Source: a virus (lineage: Duplodnaviria; Caudoviricetes). From it: a stretch of 58,292 nucleotides of DNA. Shown here piece by piece: positions 44,300 through 53,313 of the stretch. Under the pieces are notes generated by a model. The model searched no databases and was not told where the DNA came from. It worked only from the letters and a program-made list of their open reading frames with translations. Location: the IMG/VR virus record IMGVR_UViG_3300030328_005013, positions 1 through 58,292 of that record; one strand, written 5' to 3'. The position numbers and the translations under genes were made by a program. Positions within the stretch are counted from its first letter, which is position 1; every line of letters begins with the position of its first letter.

Positions 44300-44324
44300 C
44301 CTACAATAGATTATCTTTAATAGA

Positions 44325-44330
44325 TTACAC
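44325..44330 (-). promoter_or_regulatory. GTGTAR upstream motif
   Basis: GTGTAA 25 nt before ATG 44299. Confidence 0.5.
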
Positions 44331-44337
44331 GAATTCA

Positions 44338-44904
44338 ATGAAATTTACTCTTTATAAGCCAAACTCTAAAAATACAGGGGCAGCTTTTAGCTTTGACCTA
44401 GCTAAAGACAAGAAAGGCAATGCAGTTATGTATGTATCAATGATCCAGCAACATAGTTGGAATGATAAGACTAAAAGCGGCTCTTTCAAAGAAAATGCCA
44501 AGAATCCTGAGAAATCAGGCACAATTAAGCTCTCCGCAAACGAAGCTGGCGAGGTTCTTTCTTCATTTAAAACAAGAATACCATTTGTTGCTTTTCATAG
44601 GAATAATGAAGATACAACAATTATTAAATTTACGCCTTGGGATAAAAAAAGAAAGATTATGGGCAAAGATGGAGATGAATGGCATGAAACACCAGCTTTC
44701 GGTATAAGCGTAAGTAGGAACTCATCTCAAATATACAAACTCCCTCTTGAAGCAGGAGAAACGGAAGTGTTATCAGAATTATTGAAAAAATATATTTTAA
44801 ACTCTTTTATTACAAATGATTCTTATAAAACTCAACCCCCGAAAGAAGAGCCTCGCAAATCCGAAAAAGCCGCAGAACTTGAAGATCTAGATGTCCCGTT
44901 CTAA
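44338..44904 (+). CDS. Putative single-stranded DNA-binding protein (Whirly/PC4-like fold)
   Basis: C-terminal ELEDLDVPF, like the SSB DDDIPF tail; LYK..AA.SF, IKLSANEAGEVL, LPLEAGETEVL. Confidence 0.6.
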   Translation: MKFTLYKPNSKNTGAAFSFDLAKDKKGNAVMYVSMIQQHSWNDKTKSGSFKENAKNPEKSGTIKLSANEAGEVLSSFKTRIPFVAFHRNNEDTTIIKFTPWDKKRKIMGKDGDEWHETPAFGISVSRNSSQIYKLPLEAGETEVLSELLKKYILNSFITNDSYKTQPPKEEPRKSEKAAELEDLDVPF

Positions 44905-46594
44905 GAAGCTAAAAGTTTTAGTTCACTCTAATCATTCTAGGTTAGTCACTGGATTTGGCAAAAACGCAAGAAATATATTACTTGGTCTGAATGAAGATCC
45001 AGACATAGAGGTAATAGAAGCGGCAAACGGGCCAAGATATGGCACTGATTTGATGACACCTTGGGAATCTTATGGGACACAACCTATAAATTCTTCATTG
45101 ATACAAGCCATTCAAGGAGATCCCGCTAAAGAAAGAGGTGCTGGATATGGGTTTTATACCATAGATCAAATTATAGATGAATGCAAGCCAGATATATATC
45201 TCGGCATTGAAGATATATGGGCTTTCGGGGGCTACGAACACAAGCCTTGGTGGAATAAAATAAATAAAGTTCTTTGGACAACCTTGGATAGTTTGCCGAT
45301 TTTAGATCAAGCCTTACAAATGGAACCTCATTGTGATAAGATGCTAGTTTGGGCATCTTTCGCAGAGGAAGAAATGAAAAGACTAGGTTATAAAAATGTA
45401 GAGACTCTTCACGGTGCTGTAGACTATACAAACTTTAAACCTCTTGATAACAAAAAAGAGCTAAGAGAAAAATTTAACCTTCAAGATAATTATGTAATTG
45501 GATTTGTTTTTAAAAATCAGCTAAGAAAATCTGTCCCAAATCTTTTAAGAGGATTTAAAATTCTAAAAGAAAAAAATCCAGACTTAAAACCTAAATTGCT
45601 TTTGCATACAGATTGGGGAGAAAGGGGCTGGGATATTCCTAAATACATAAAAGAACTAGAATTAGATCCTAGTGATATTCTATCCACTTACGTTTGCCAC
45701 GCTTGTGATCATTATTCAGTCTTACCATATGAAGGTGAGGACAAAAAATGCCCAAGTTGCAATGCAGAAAAATCTTTTAAAACCAAAACAAGCTCTAAAG
45801 GAGTGGGGGAAAAAGAATTAAATGAAATTTATAACTTAATGGATGTTTATTGCCACCCATTTACCAGTGGTGGTCAAGAACTTCCAGTGCAAGAAGCTAA
45901 AGCCGCTGGGCTGATAACTTTAGTCACAGAATATTCCTGTGGGACAGACTCTTGTTATGAACATCAAGGAGGAATTCCGCTAAAATGGAATGAATATAGA
46001 GAGCCTCATACTCAGTTTATTAAAGCTTCCACATGTCCCCACGACATAGCTCAACAGTTGCAAAAAGTTAGCAGAATGAGCGATGATGATAAATTTATTC
46101 TATCAAATAAAGGAACCAAGTATGTAAAAGAAAAATTTTCCGTTTCAGCCACTGTCGAAAAGCTTAAAAAAATTCTTCTTGATCTTAAAAAACCCACTAA
46201 AGAAGAACAAGAAGAAAAAGCTACTGAACAACCACTAATGCTTAATGATGTTCTTGGCGATGAGGGCCAAGAAAACAGAATAGCAGTTGTGCTGCCAGAG
46301 TCAGCGGGAGATATACTAATATTGAATTCTCTAATGGATAACCTCAAAAAACTTTATCCAGAAAAAAACATATATGTATTCACTAAACCTGAGTTTTACC
46401 AAATGATTGATGACAATCCAAATGTGCATAAACTTCTACCATATCAACAATCTTTAGATAACTTGCTTTACTTAGAGGGAAGAGCAGACCACGAAGGCTT
46501 CTTTCAGATGGCATTTTTACCAAACATTGGAACTCAAAGACATCTTAACTATCTTCACAATGGAGAAGATAAAATACAATTTCAATTAACATGA
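44891..46594 (+). CDS. GT4 glycosyltransferase with zinc-ribbon insert, fused to a GT9 N-terminal domain
   Basis: TGFG, NQLRKS, CHAC..CPSC, PFTSGGQELPVQEAKAAG; C-terminal PESAGDILILNSL..NLKKLYP...NPNV. Confidence 0.8.
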   Translation: MSRSKKLKVLVHSNHSRLVTGFGKNARNILLGLNEDPDIEVIEAANGPRYGTDLMTPWESYGTQPINSSLIQAIQGDPAKERGAGYGFYTIDQIIDECKPDIYLGIEDIWAFGGYEHKPWWNKINKVLWTTLDSLPILDQALQMEPHCDKMLVWASFAEEEMKRLGYKNVETLHGAVDYTNFKPLDNKKELREKFNLQDNYVIGFVFKNQLRKSVPNLLRGFKILKEKNPDLKPKLLLHTDWGERGWDIPKYIKELELDPSDILSTYVCHACDHYSVLPYEGEDKKCPSCNAEKSFKTKTSSKGVGEKELNEIYNLMDVYCHPFTSGGQELPVQEAKAAGLITLVTEYSCGTDSCYEHQGGIPLKWNEYREPHTQFIKASTCPHDIAQQLQKVSRMSDDDKFILSNKGTKYVKEKFSVSATVEKLKKILLDLKKPTKEEQEEKATEQPLMLNDVLGDEGQENRIAVVLPESAGDILILNSLMDNLKKLYPEKNIYVFTKPEFYQMIDDNPNVHKLLPYQQSLDNLLYLEGRADHEGFFQMAFLPNIGTQRHLNYLHNGEDKIQFQLT

Positions 46595-47715
46595 GCCATC
46601 TAGCAGAAGAATACGCCAAATGCTGTGGGGTTAAAATAGGAAAACCTGTTTTAAAACCTCACTATTTTCCTGTTCTTTACGATAAATATATAACAATACA
46701 TAACGATAAAAAAGTCCAAGCAAAAGAGTATGACATGTGGCCCGATGTAATTAAAATACTTAAAAAGTATTTGGGTGACATAAAAATTATACAAATAGGA
46801 GCGCAAGGAGAAGAAACAATACAAGGCGTAGATAAACACATGCCTACAGCATCTCTTAAGCAGTCTTCTTATATTATAGATAAAGGATTAGGTCATTTAG
46901 GTATAGATAGTGTGCCAGTTCACATCGCTTCAGCCTTAGATAAACCAGTTGTTGGCATTTATGCACATACTTACGCGAATACATGTAAACCTTTATGGAA
47001 TGATAAATCAAAATCAATACAAATTGAATCTCACAGAAATGGAAGAAAACCTTCTTTCTCTTTAGAAGAGCACCCAAAAACAATCAACCTGATTAAACCA
47101 GAAGAAATAGCCCAAGCTGTGCTTGACGTATTAGATATAAATAAAACAGTAACACATAAAACTATTTTTATTGGTGATCACTATACTTCTAACTTTGTGG
47201 AAGTAATTCCATCTCAGCCAACCACCGTTCAAGCCCCCTTAATTGATGTAAGAATGGATATTTGCCATAATGAAGAAGTGCTCGGTGGAATTCTAGGAAG
47301 AAATGATGTGGAAGTAACTACAAATAAACCCATTTCGCTACCTCTATTAGATACAAGAAAAATTAAAAAAATTGTTTACAAAAGCGATTTTTTTGATGTA
47401 GATTTTTGCGAAGCTGTAAAAAGTAGAGCAATACCAATTTCTTTAGAATGCAGGTCTTCAGATCATCTAAAAAAACAAAGAGCCAGACTTTTTGATTGTA
47501 TGATAAATTTATTAGATGAGAACGAGATAATAAAAAAGAATAAAAAAAGATTACCCGAAGAAGATCTTGGAAAAATAAACATTGCGAGTAACAAAAAAGT
47601 TGTTTGCGGAGATGAGATTTATGAAAGCATATATCATTTGAATGATAAAAAAAATTCAGACGATTTTTATCTTGATTTAGATTTTTATAGAGTTTATACT
47701 GATTCAAATGAGTGA
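46591..47715 (+). CDS. GT9 C-terminal domain-containing protein
   Basis: YITIH, KEYDMW, IIQIG, HLGIDSVPVHIASALDKPVVGIY. Confidence 0.75.
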   Translation: MSHLAEEYAKCCGVKIGKPVLKPHYFPVLYDKYITIHNDKKVQAKEYDMWPDVIKILKKYLGDIKIIQIGAQGEETIQGVDKHMPTASLKQSSYIIDKGLGHLGIDSVPVHIASALDKPVVGIYAHTYANTCKPLWNDKSKSIQIESHRNGRKPSFSLEEHPKTINLIKPEEIAQAVLDVLDINKTVTHKTIFIGDHYTSNFVEVIPSQPTTVQAPLIDVRMDICHNEEVLGGILGRNDVEVTTNKPISLPLLDTRKIKKIVYKSDFFDVDFCEAVKSRAIPISLECRSSDHLKKQRARLFDCMINLLDENEIIKKNKKRLPEEDLGKINIASNKKVVCGDEIYESIYHLNDKKNSDDFYLDLDFYRVYTDSNE

Positions 47716-48484
47716 GAAAAAGATCTACGGACCAGATGTTTACAAGCGCAACGAGCATGGACTGCTTGAAAATGTAGACTATGAATTTAACGAAGATGGC
47801 TCTGTCAACTGGAGAGCTATGATTAAGGAAGAGTTTCTCTATCCTAACAAGGATTGGTTTGCTTCTAGGAAGAAAGATGTGCCTACTTCTGTTGAGGGTC
47901 TCTCTGATAAACAACTTCTCATTATGCTTGGAGGAATTAAAGAGTTGGCAAAACTGAGAGGCTATACTTCTATCAACTTTAAAGTAAATAATGTTTCAGA
48001 TGGCTATGTAACAGCAAAATGCACTATTTGTTGGCAGCAAAATTATGAAACTGATTCAGAGTGGAGAACTGAATATGAGGATGTGGCAAACGCCACTCTT
48101 GCAAATACAGACAATTTCTGCGCTAAATTCCTAGAAACAATCGCTTGTAATCGTGCTTTTGTCCGTTGTGTGCGTAATTATCTCAATATCCACATTGTGG
48201 GTGCAGATGAGATTGATAAGTCAAAAGGAGCTAATAATTCCAACACTGTGGAATATGATGCCTCTAGCGACTCCGCTATGTTGCCTTTAACGCCCTCAGG
48301 AGCACTCCAGAAGGCTTTAGATGAAGATAATGGGGTAAAGTCCTTCGATAAGTTTAAAGAGCTTCTAAGAGCCTTGTGGAAGGAAGAAATCTACAGAAAC
48401 GAAGAGGCTGCGAACTGGAAATCCTATGAAGATATTCCAGCCAAAGAATGCAGAAAGCTCATCGCAATCTGTAAAAAATCATAA
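47708..48484 (+). CDS. Putative ssDNA annealing protein (Rad52/RecT-like)
   Basis: LGGIKELAKLRG, V.AKCTI.W, ETIACNRAFVRCVR; near the SSB gene. Confidence 0.5.
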   Translation: MSEKKIYGPDVYKRNEHGLLENVDYEFNEDGSVNWRAMIKEEFLYPNKDWFASRKKDVPTSVEGLSDKQLLIMLGGIKELAKLRGYTSINFKVNNVSDGYVTAKCTICWQQNYETDSEWRTEYEDVANATLANTDNFCAKFLETIACNRAFVRCVRNYLNIHIVGADEIDKSKGANNSNTVEYDASSDSAMLPLTPSGALQKALDEDNGVKSFDKFKELLRALWKEEIYRNEEAANWKSYEDIPAKECRKLIAICKKS

Positions 48485-51082
48485 TTTAAGCCTGTTTCTT
48501 TGAGTCGCGTTGTATGTGCTAGGCACATTTGACTTAGAATTCATAGCCTCCATTCCTTGATTCATTAGTAACTCAGGATCTGGCGGTATTAACTTAATAC
48601 TAGATTCTGAAATTGTCGTTGTAATTCCCTGTGGACCTATCGACACAGAAACAGAGTTCATTGTTGATTTAAACGCAGGTATATGTAAACCATATAAAGT
48701 TCTAGAGGAGGAAGACGGCCTATCTGACTGTTCCCTGTATTCTCCCCTTAAACCCTTCAAAACTTCTATTTCTGCCAAAGATCCATTATGGCTAGAAAGA
48801 CTTAAATGATTAAGAATATTTGGAGCAGTTGGAGCCTCAAGGGTATACGACCTAAGATCAAACCTATCTGCAAGGTCTGACATTTTTTGAGAACCCTCAT
48901 CACCCCTAGCTATATCTCTATCCTCTTTGTCTGCCCTATCTTTTTCTTCTTCTTCTTCGTCAACCTTATTGACTCTCGTTTTACTTCTAGTATATTCTAA
49001 TTTTAATCTCTTATTGACATTCTTCGCCATTGCGACTTCAAAATTTATGGCAGACTGTCTAGCTATTTCAAGAACCGAAAGAAATATATTTTTACCGTTT
49101 TGTAAGGTTGGTCCCCCAAGATACCACAAAGAGTTCCTTCTAGGGTGTTGAAAAAATTCTAATTTATTAAAAACAGGATCAAAGTCTATTGCTTTATCTG
49201 TTTTTTCGGCTTCTGCTTTTTTCTCCTCAACATTTTTCTTCTCAAGCTTTGGTATGTTTCTTATAGCTAAGAAGAAAAAGGACTCTCCTATAGCTTCAGA
49301 TTTTACAGCCTCATCATTTGTAAACTGCTGCATCTCTCCTACTTTTCTTTTTTCTTTAGGAACACCCAAATGTTCTAAGAGATCATTTAACTCAGCAAGT
49401 TCGTCTACGTCAGCGATATTCTTATCTTCAGAGAGAGGTCCAAATATAGTTATATTGTTTGTATTAGTAAACTGCATCCTCTCTACCTTATATTTGCTAT
49501 AACCATTTGATATAAAAATACCTCCAGCCACAGCAAAATAAGCTGCCATCATTTCCCTCATTTTTGTCCCCGATGGCTTGGGCAACGGTTTTACTATATC
49601 TTGATCTGCCGCTAATAACCCTCCACGCTTGCCCAAGTAAGTTAAAAGCTTGTAGTAAAATCCAGCTTTCCCAGACCTCATCATTGGCTTGCCATCATCA
49701 AGTCCATTGTGAGTTATTTTACTTGGATTCTCTAAGTCAAATTTCCAACCATGACTACCTTGCCACACGAAATCAAATTCTTTTGGATTGGCATCATGTT
49801 TGGCTTGCCACACTTTCATTTCATCCTTGGGGTCTTTTACAGACTTACCCCAAGCAAACAACGTCCCGCAATTCGGTTTTTGCATGTAAAGACTTGATTT
49901 TATCCTTACCTCTTCATTATCATTTAGCGCCCACAAAGGAGGCATCTCATTAGGATCATTAACTCTATTTAAATGCATTAAAGCAAAAGTATATTTATCG
50001 AAAACTTCTGCATCGTCAGCTACACCTTGGTTGAATAGAGCAAACCAGAATTTTAAATCTCTACCCTTCATTGGGAACCTTACCTCATCCCAAGCTTGTT
50101 CAAGATCGACTCTTTTGAAAAATATTGGTCTTGGCCTATCTTCATCAGGACCACTAGATTCGTCTTTTTGTTTCTCCCCACTTCCAATATAACTATTAAC
50201 AATTTTAGTGGTCACTAAACTTTCTGTAAAGCTGGCACTTATGACATTAGAATCATCAGTTTCCGTATAATCGTCTACTGGTATAGAAGCTGCCGATTCA
50301 GTATTAACAAACTCAAGGCCACCAGTGTCTGGATTTACATACCAAAAATAACCAAAATAAGAAGCAATAGCCCCAACAACACTTTCTAGTGTCCCACTAA
50401 CCTCAAACAAAACATCGTCTGATACTGGCAACCCCTTGGCATCAATCCCCACTAAACCAAGCATTGATTTAAACTCACTTAAAGTATATCCAAATTTTAA
50501 TTCATACTGAGCCAAATCTGGAGATGATAAGTATTGATTACTAACGGCATCAATATTAAGAGATAATTCTGGGACTAATTCGTGCTGATGATAACACAAG
50601 CCAACCTTCATTCCGTCAAATTGTGCTCCAGCCTCATAATTATAAACTCTTCCAGCTAATATAGTTGCCCCATTAAGACTTGGACCGCTAGCTGGGAAGG
50701 GATTCAAAGGACTTCCAATAACTTCACTAAAGTAAGGAACTGGTCCTTCATACTCTTTACCAAAAACTGGAGCATTTACACCCCTAACCAAAACTACATA
50801 AGACTTTAAAGTCAAGGAGGTTCTATCTACATATTTTCTACTTATAGATCTTCTGGTTGGACCAGAATTTCTTGTTAATTCAGTGCAAACAAAGTTGTCA
50901 AGTGCTGTTTGTATTTTATCATTGGAAAAATTGTTAACATCACCCAAGGGACCAATAACTGTTCCGAGACCTTCAGTTCCATCTAAATTTTTCGCGCTCA
51001 ATACAGTGCTCACGCTCGCCGTGTGACCGCCTCCTGAGTTTGTAAAATTTAAATCTACTTTTGTAATAGTCTCTTTCTTCAT
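48479..51082 (-). CDS. Large tail/baseplate hub-like structural protein
   Basis: 867 aa downstream of the tape measure; GTLESVVGAIASYFGYFWYV and VSVSIGPQGITTT resemble hub-protein segments. Confidence 0.55.
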   Translation of the reverse strand: MKKETITKVDLNFTNSGGGHTASVSTVLSAKNLDGTEGLGTVIGPLGDVNNFSNDKIQTALDNFVCTELTRNSGPTRRSISRKYVDRTSLTLKSYVVLVRGVNAPVFGKEYEGPVPYFSEVIGSPLNPFPASGPSLNGATILAGRVYNYEAGAQFDGMKVGLCYHQHELVPELSLNIDAVSNQYLSSPDLAQYELKFGYTLSEFKSMLGLVGIDAKGLPVSDDVLFEVSGTLESVVGAIASYFGYFWYVNPDTGGLEFVNTESAASIPVDDYTETDDSNVISASFTESLVTTKIVNSYIGSGEKQKDESSGPDEDRPRPIFFKRVDLEQAWDEVRFPMKGRDLKFWFALFNQGVADDAEVFDKYTFALMHLNRVNDPNEMPPLWALNDNEEVRIKSSLYMQKPNCGTLFAWGKSVKDPKDEMKVWQAKHDANPKEFDFVWQGSHGWKFDLENPSKITHNGLDDGKPMMRSGKAGFYYKLLTYLGKRGGLLAADQDIVKPLPKPSGTKMREMMAAYFAVAGGIFISNGYSKYKVERMQFTNTNNITIFGPLSEDKNIADVDELAELNDLLEHLGVPKEKRKVGEMQQFTNDEAVKSEAIGESFFFLAIRNIPKLEKKNVEEKKAEAEKTDKAIDFDPVFNKLEFFQHPRRNSLWYLGGPTLQNGKNIFLSVLEIARQSAINFEVAMAKNVNKRLKLEYTRSKTRVNKVDEEEEEKDRADKEDRDIARGDEGSQKMSDLADRFDLRSYTLEAPTAPNILNHLSLSSHNGSLAEIEVLKGLRGEYREQSDRPSSSSRTLYGLHIPAFKSTMNSVSVSIGPQGITTTISESSIKLIPPDPELLMNQGMEAMNSKSNVPSTYNATQRNRLKL

Positions 51083-51906
51083 AAGCTTAGATTATCGGTA
51101 TAAAGTCCATTCCTTAAACCGCTATTCACACTAGCACTTACACCAGATTTAATCATCTCGACACCAGTGTAAGTTTCCAAATAGTCGTCAGGATGCTGTA
51201 AAACGCCGTTAATATAGAAACTAGTCCTACCTTCTACGAATCCTGTGTCGCTATACAAATCTGGAGATAGTCCTGTTACTGAATGAGTCCTTACACCTTT
51301 CTTATAGGCGGTATATTTAAATTTATTTTTATTAGAACTAGTAACCACTCCTCCTCCCGCCGAGAAATCAGGCTGATTTGCGGCAGAAGCTCCAACCCCA
51401 AGACCAGAATAAACTTTTTGACCATTTAGAAAATATTCAAAATCTACAAAATTGTCTGCTGCTGACGCAAAGGCGGGGTATCTGCCCATTATGCTTGTTT
51501 TAAGAGATGCCCCCAAATCACCAGTTCCGATAAAAATTCCACCAGTATCAAAGTTGTAAATACCCCTGTAATTAGATTTGTGAGGAGAAGTGGATGCAAA
51601 ATTTAATACATTTGTTTCAACAGGATCTACGCCTGTTCCTTTGACGAAAAAATCTCCCGTTTCTATTTTAAATACAGTTTTATTTGTAATCACTGTTTGA
51701 GAGGGGACTTCTTGAGTATAATTCATCCCATTCATAGACAACTTTATAGTATCCTGCCCAGTGACAATTTTTGGATTATAATTAAACTGATCAAGAGTTC
51801 CCCCAACTTCTAAATTAAAACCATTAAAATTATTAGTTGAAAGATCTTTTGAGTGACAACCAGAAACAGTTTTATCACCTGTAACTATAGTGAAATCGTA
51901 AATCAT
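51079..51906 (-). CDS. Probable virion structural protein
   Basis: Repeated YFLNGQK/FYINGV motifs, TG/SG-rich. Confidence 0.6.
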   Translation of the reverse strand: MIYDFTIVTGDKTVSGCHSKDLSTNNFNGFNLEVGGTLDQFNYNPKIVTGQDTIKLSMNGMNYTQEVPSQTVITNKTVFKIETGDFFVKGTGVDPVETNVLNFASTSPHKSNYRGIYNFDTGGIFIGTGDLGASLKTSIMGRYPAFASAADNFVDFEYFLNGQKVYSGLGVGASAANQPDFSAGGGVVTSSNKNKFKYTAYKKGVRTHSVTGLSPDLYSDTGFVEGRTSFYINGVLQHPDDYLETYTGVEMIKSGVSASVNSGLRNGLYTDNLSL

Positions 51907-53312
51907 AATCCTATCTGCCCCCCTAAATATTTAATAAAGTTTTTCTTAAGAACATAAGAATCGCCTAAGAAATGAACCCCAGAAGATGCTGGAATTTGTT
52001 GATTTATAACGGTTTCATAAAGAGGTTCTTGAATAACACCACTAATACCAGAAGTCACTCCTGTTTGCATCCTAGATCCAAAAAGCTGGACAGCCACTGT
52101 CGCAGCCCCAGAGATGCCCTTTTGTTCAACGTATTCGTTTACCGCAACATCTATACCCCTTAGACCCAACGTGTCAAAAGCTTGTTCTCCTGTCGGCGTA
52201 TACTGGTAACCCGAACCCATGCCCCCATACAAAGCGCCAACTTCTTCTTTTACAAAAGTGCTAACACCACTATCAGATAAAGCATCATTAAAAGAGCGAT
52301 ATATAAAGTATCTATCACCTTCACCAGTATCCACGCTTGACGCATTAAAGAAACTACCAGTTAGCATGTATCTCCCCGTAGATATGTTAACACTACCTGT
52401 ATTTTCATAGTCATATCCTGTTATGCCAGTTTTATATACTATAGTCTGCGAATACCCAGTTACGTTCTTCTTGAAAGTAGTGGTCCCTGCATTTTCAAAG
52501 TAATTCCCCGCCAAACCACTACCAACATCAAACATTACGTTTGCGGGTATATATCCACTGACTAATGCAAAAGAATTTAAACTAACATCAGCGGTCTTAA
52601 ATGAACCATTGGTGCCTCTAAAGTATTCATCAGATCCTCCTATGTAAAATTTATCATTATTGGATATGAATTTAGTATCTAATGAAAATGTTGAACTATT
52701 AACAACATTATTCAAATAGTCACAACTAAATAAAGATATGCTATTAGCTCCTACAGAAAACCCAACAATATTTCTTTTGTTTACCTCTATAGAACTATCA
52801 AACTTAATAAAATCCCCTTTTTCATTAAAGCTCTGATAAAAAAGATGACCTCTGTCAGTTAGACCAAAATTATATCCTTTAGCCCCAACAAAAACTTCGT
52901 CATTCACAGTGTTAGAAGTTTTTTCTAAAGAACCAAATAAAACACAATTACCTACTTGGTTGTTTAATTCAAAATCAAATAAAGCAGAGCATGAAGAAAA
53001 ATCCAAACTAGAGATTCCAGTTACCTCAATATTGGAGTCGTTCAAATGAGCTTGATCACCATTTAGAAAAGTCCCAGTAGTAAAAAGTAAAGAGGTTGCT
53101 GCTACGGCATGTGCAGAATCTCTAACGATGCCGCTATAAAGACCTGTATTTAAAGCGGGATCTGAGTTTTCAAAAACGGTGTAATACAAAGAATCATCAA
53201 GGTTCTCACCCATGCTTCTCCCGCTAAGCCCAGAAAAATCATAATAAGCCAGCAAACGCTTGTTGCTACCAAACGTGGCTTTCATGATGTAATCCATAGA
53301 CTGTCGGCTCAT
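51903..53312 (-). CDS. Probable virion protein with LamG/lectin-like N-terminal domain
   Basis: LLAYYDF, FYIGG, beta-rich, VTGY/ITGY repeats. Confidence 0.55.
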   Translation of the reverse strand: MSRQSMDYIMKATFGSNKRLLAYYDFSGLSGRSMGENLDDSLYYTVFENSDPALNTGLYSGIVRDSAHAVAATSLLFTTGTFLNGDQAHLNDSNIEVTGISSLDFSSCSALFDFELNNQVGNCVLFGSLEKTSNTVNDEVFVGAKGYNFGLTDRGHLFYQSFNEKGDFIKFDSSIEVNKRNIVGFSVGANSISLFSCDYLNNVVNSSTFSLDTKFISNNDKFYIGGSDEYFRGTNGSFKTADVSLNSFALVSGYIPANVMFDVGSGLAGNYFENAGTTTFKKNVTGYSQTIVYKTGITGYDYENTGSVNISTGRYMLTGSFFNASSVDTGEGDRYFIYRSFNDALSDSGVSTFVKEEVGALYGGMGSGYQYTPTGEQAFDTLGLRGIDVAVNEYVEQKGISGAATVAVQLFGSRMQTGVTSGISGVIQEPLYETVINQQIPASSGVHFLGDSYVLKKNFIKYLGGQIGL

Positions 53313-53313
53313 A

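Noticed and set aside
47363-47914. 183-aa minus-strand ORF
   Set aside because: Antisense to two well-supported plus-strand genes, with no motifs
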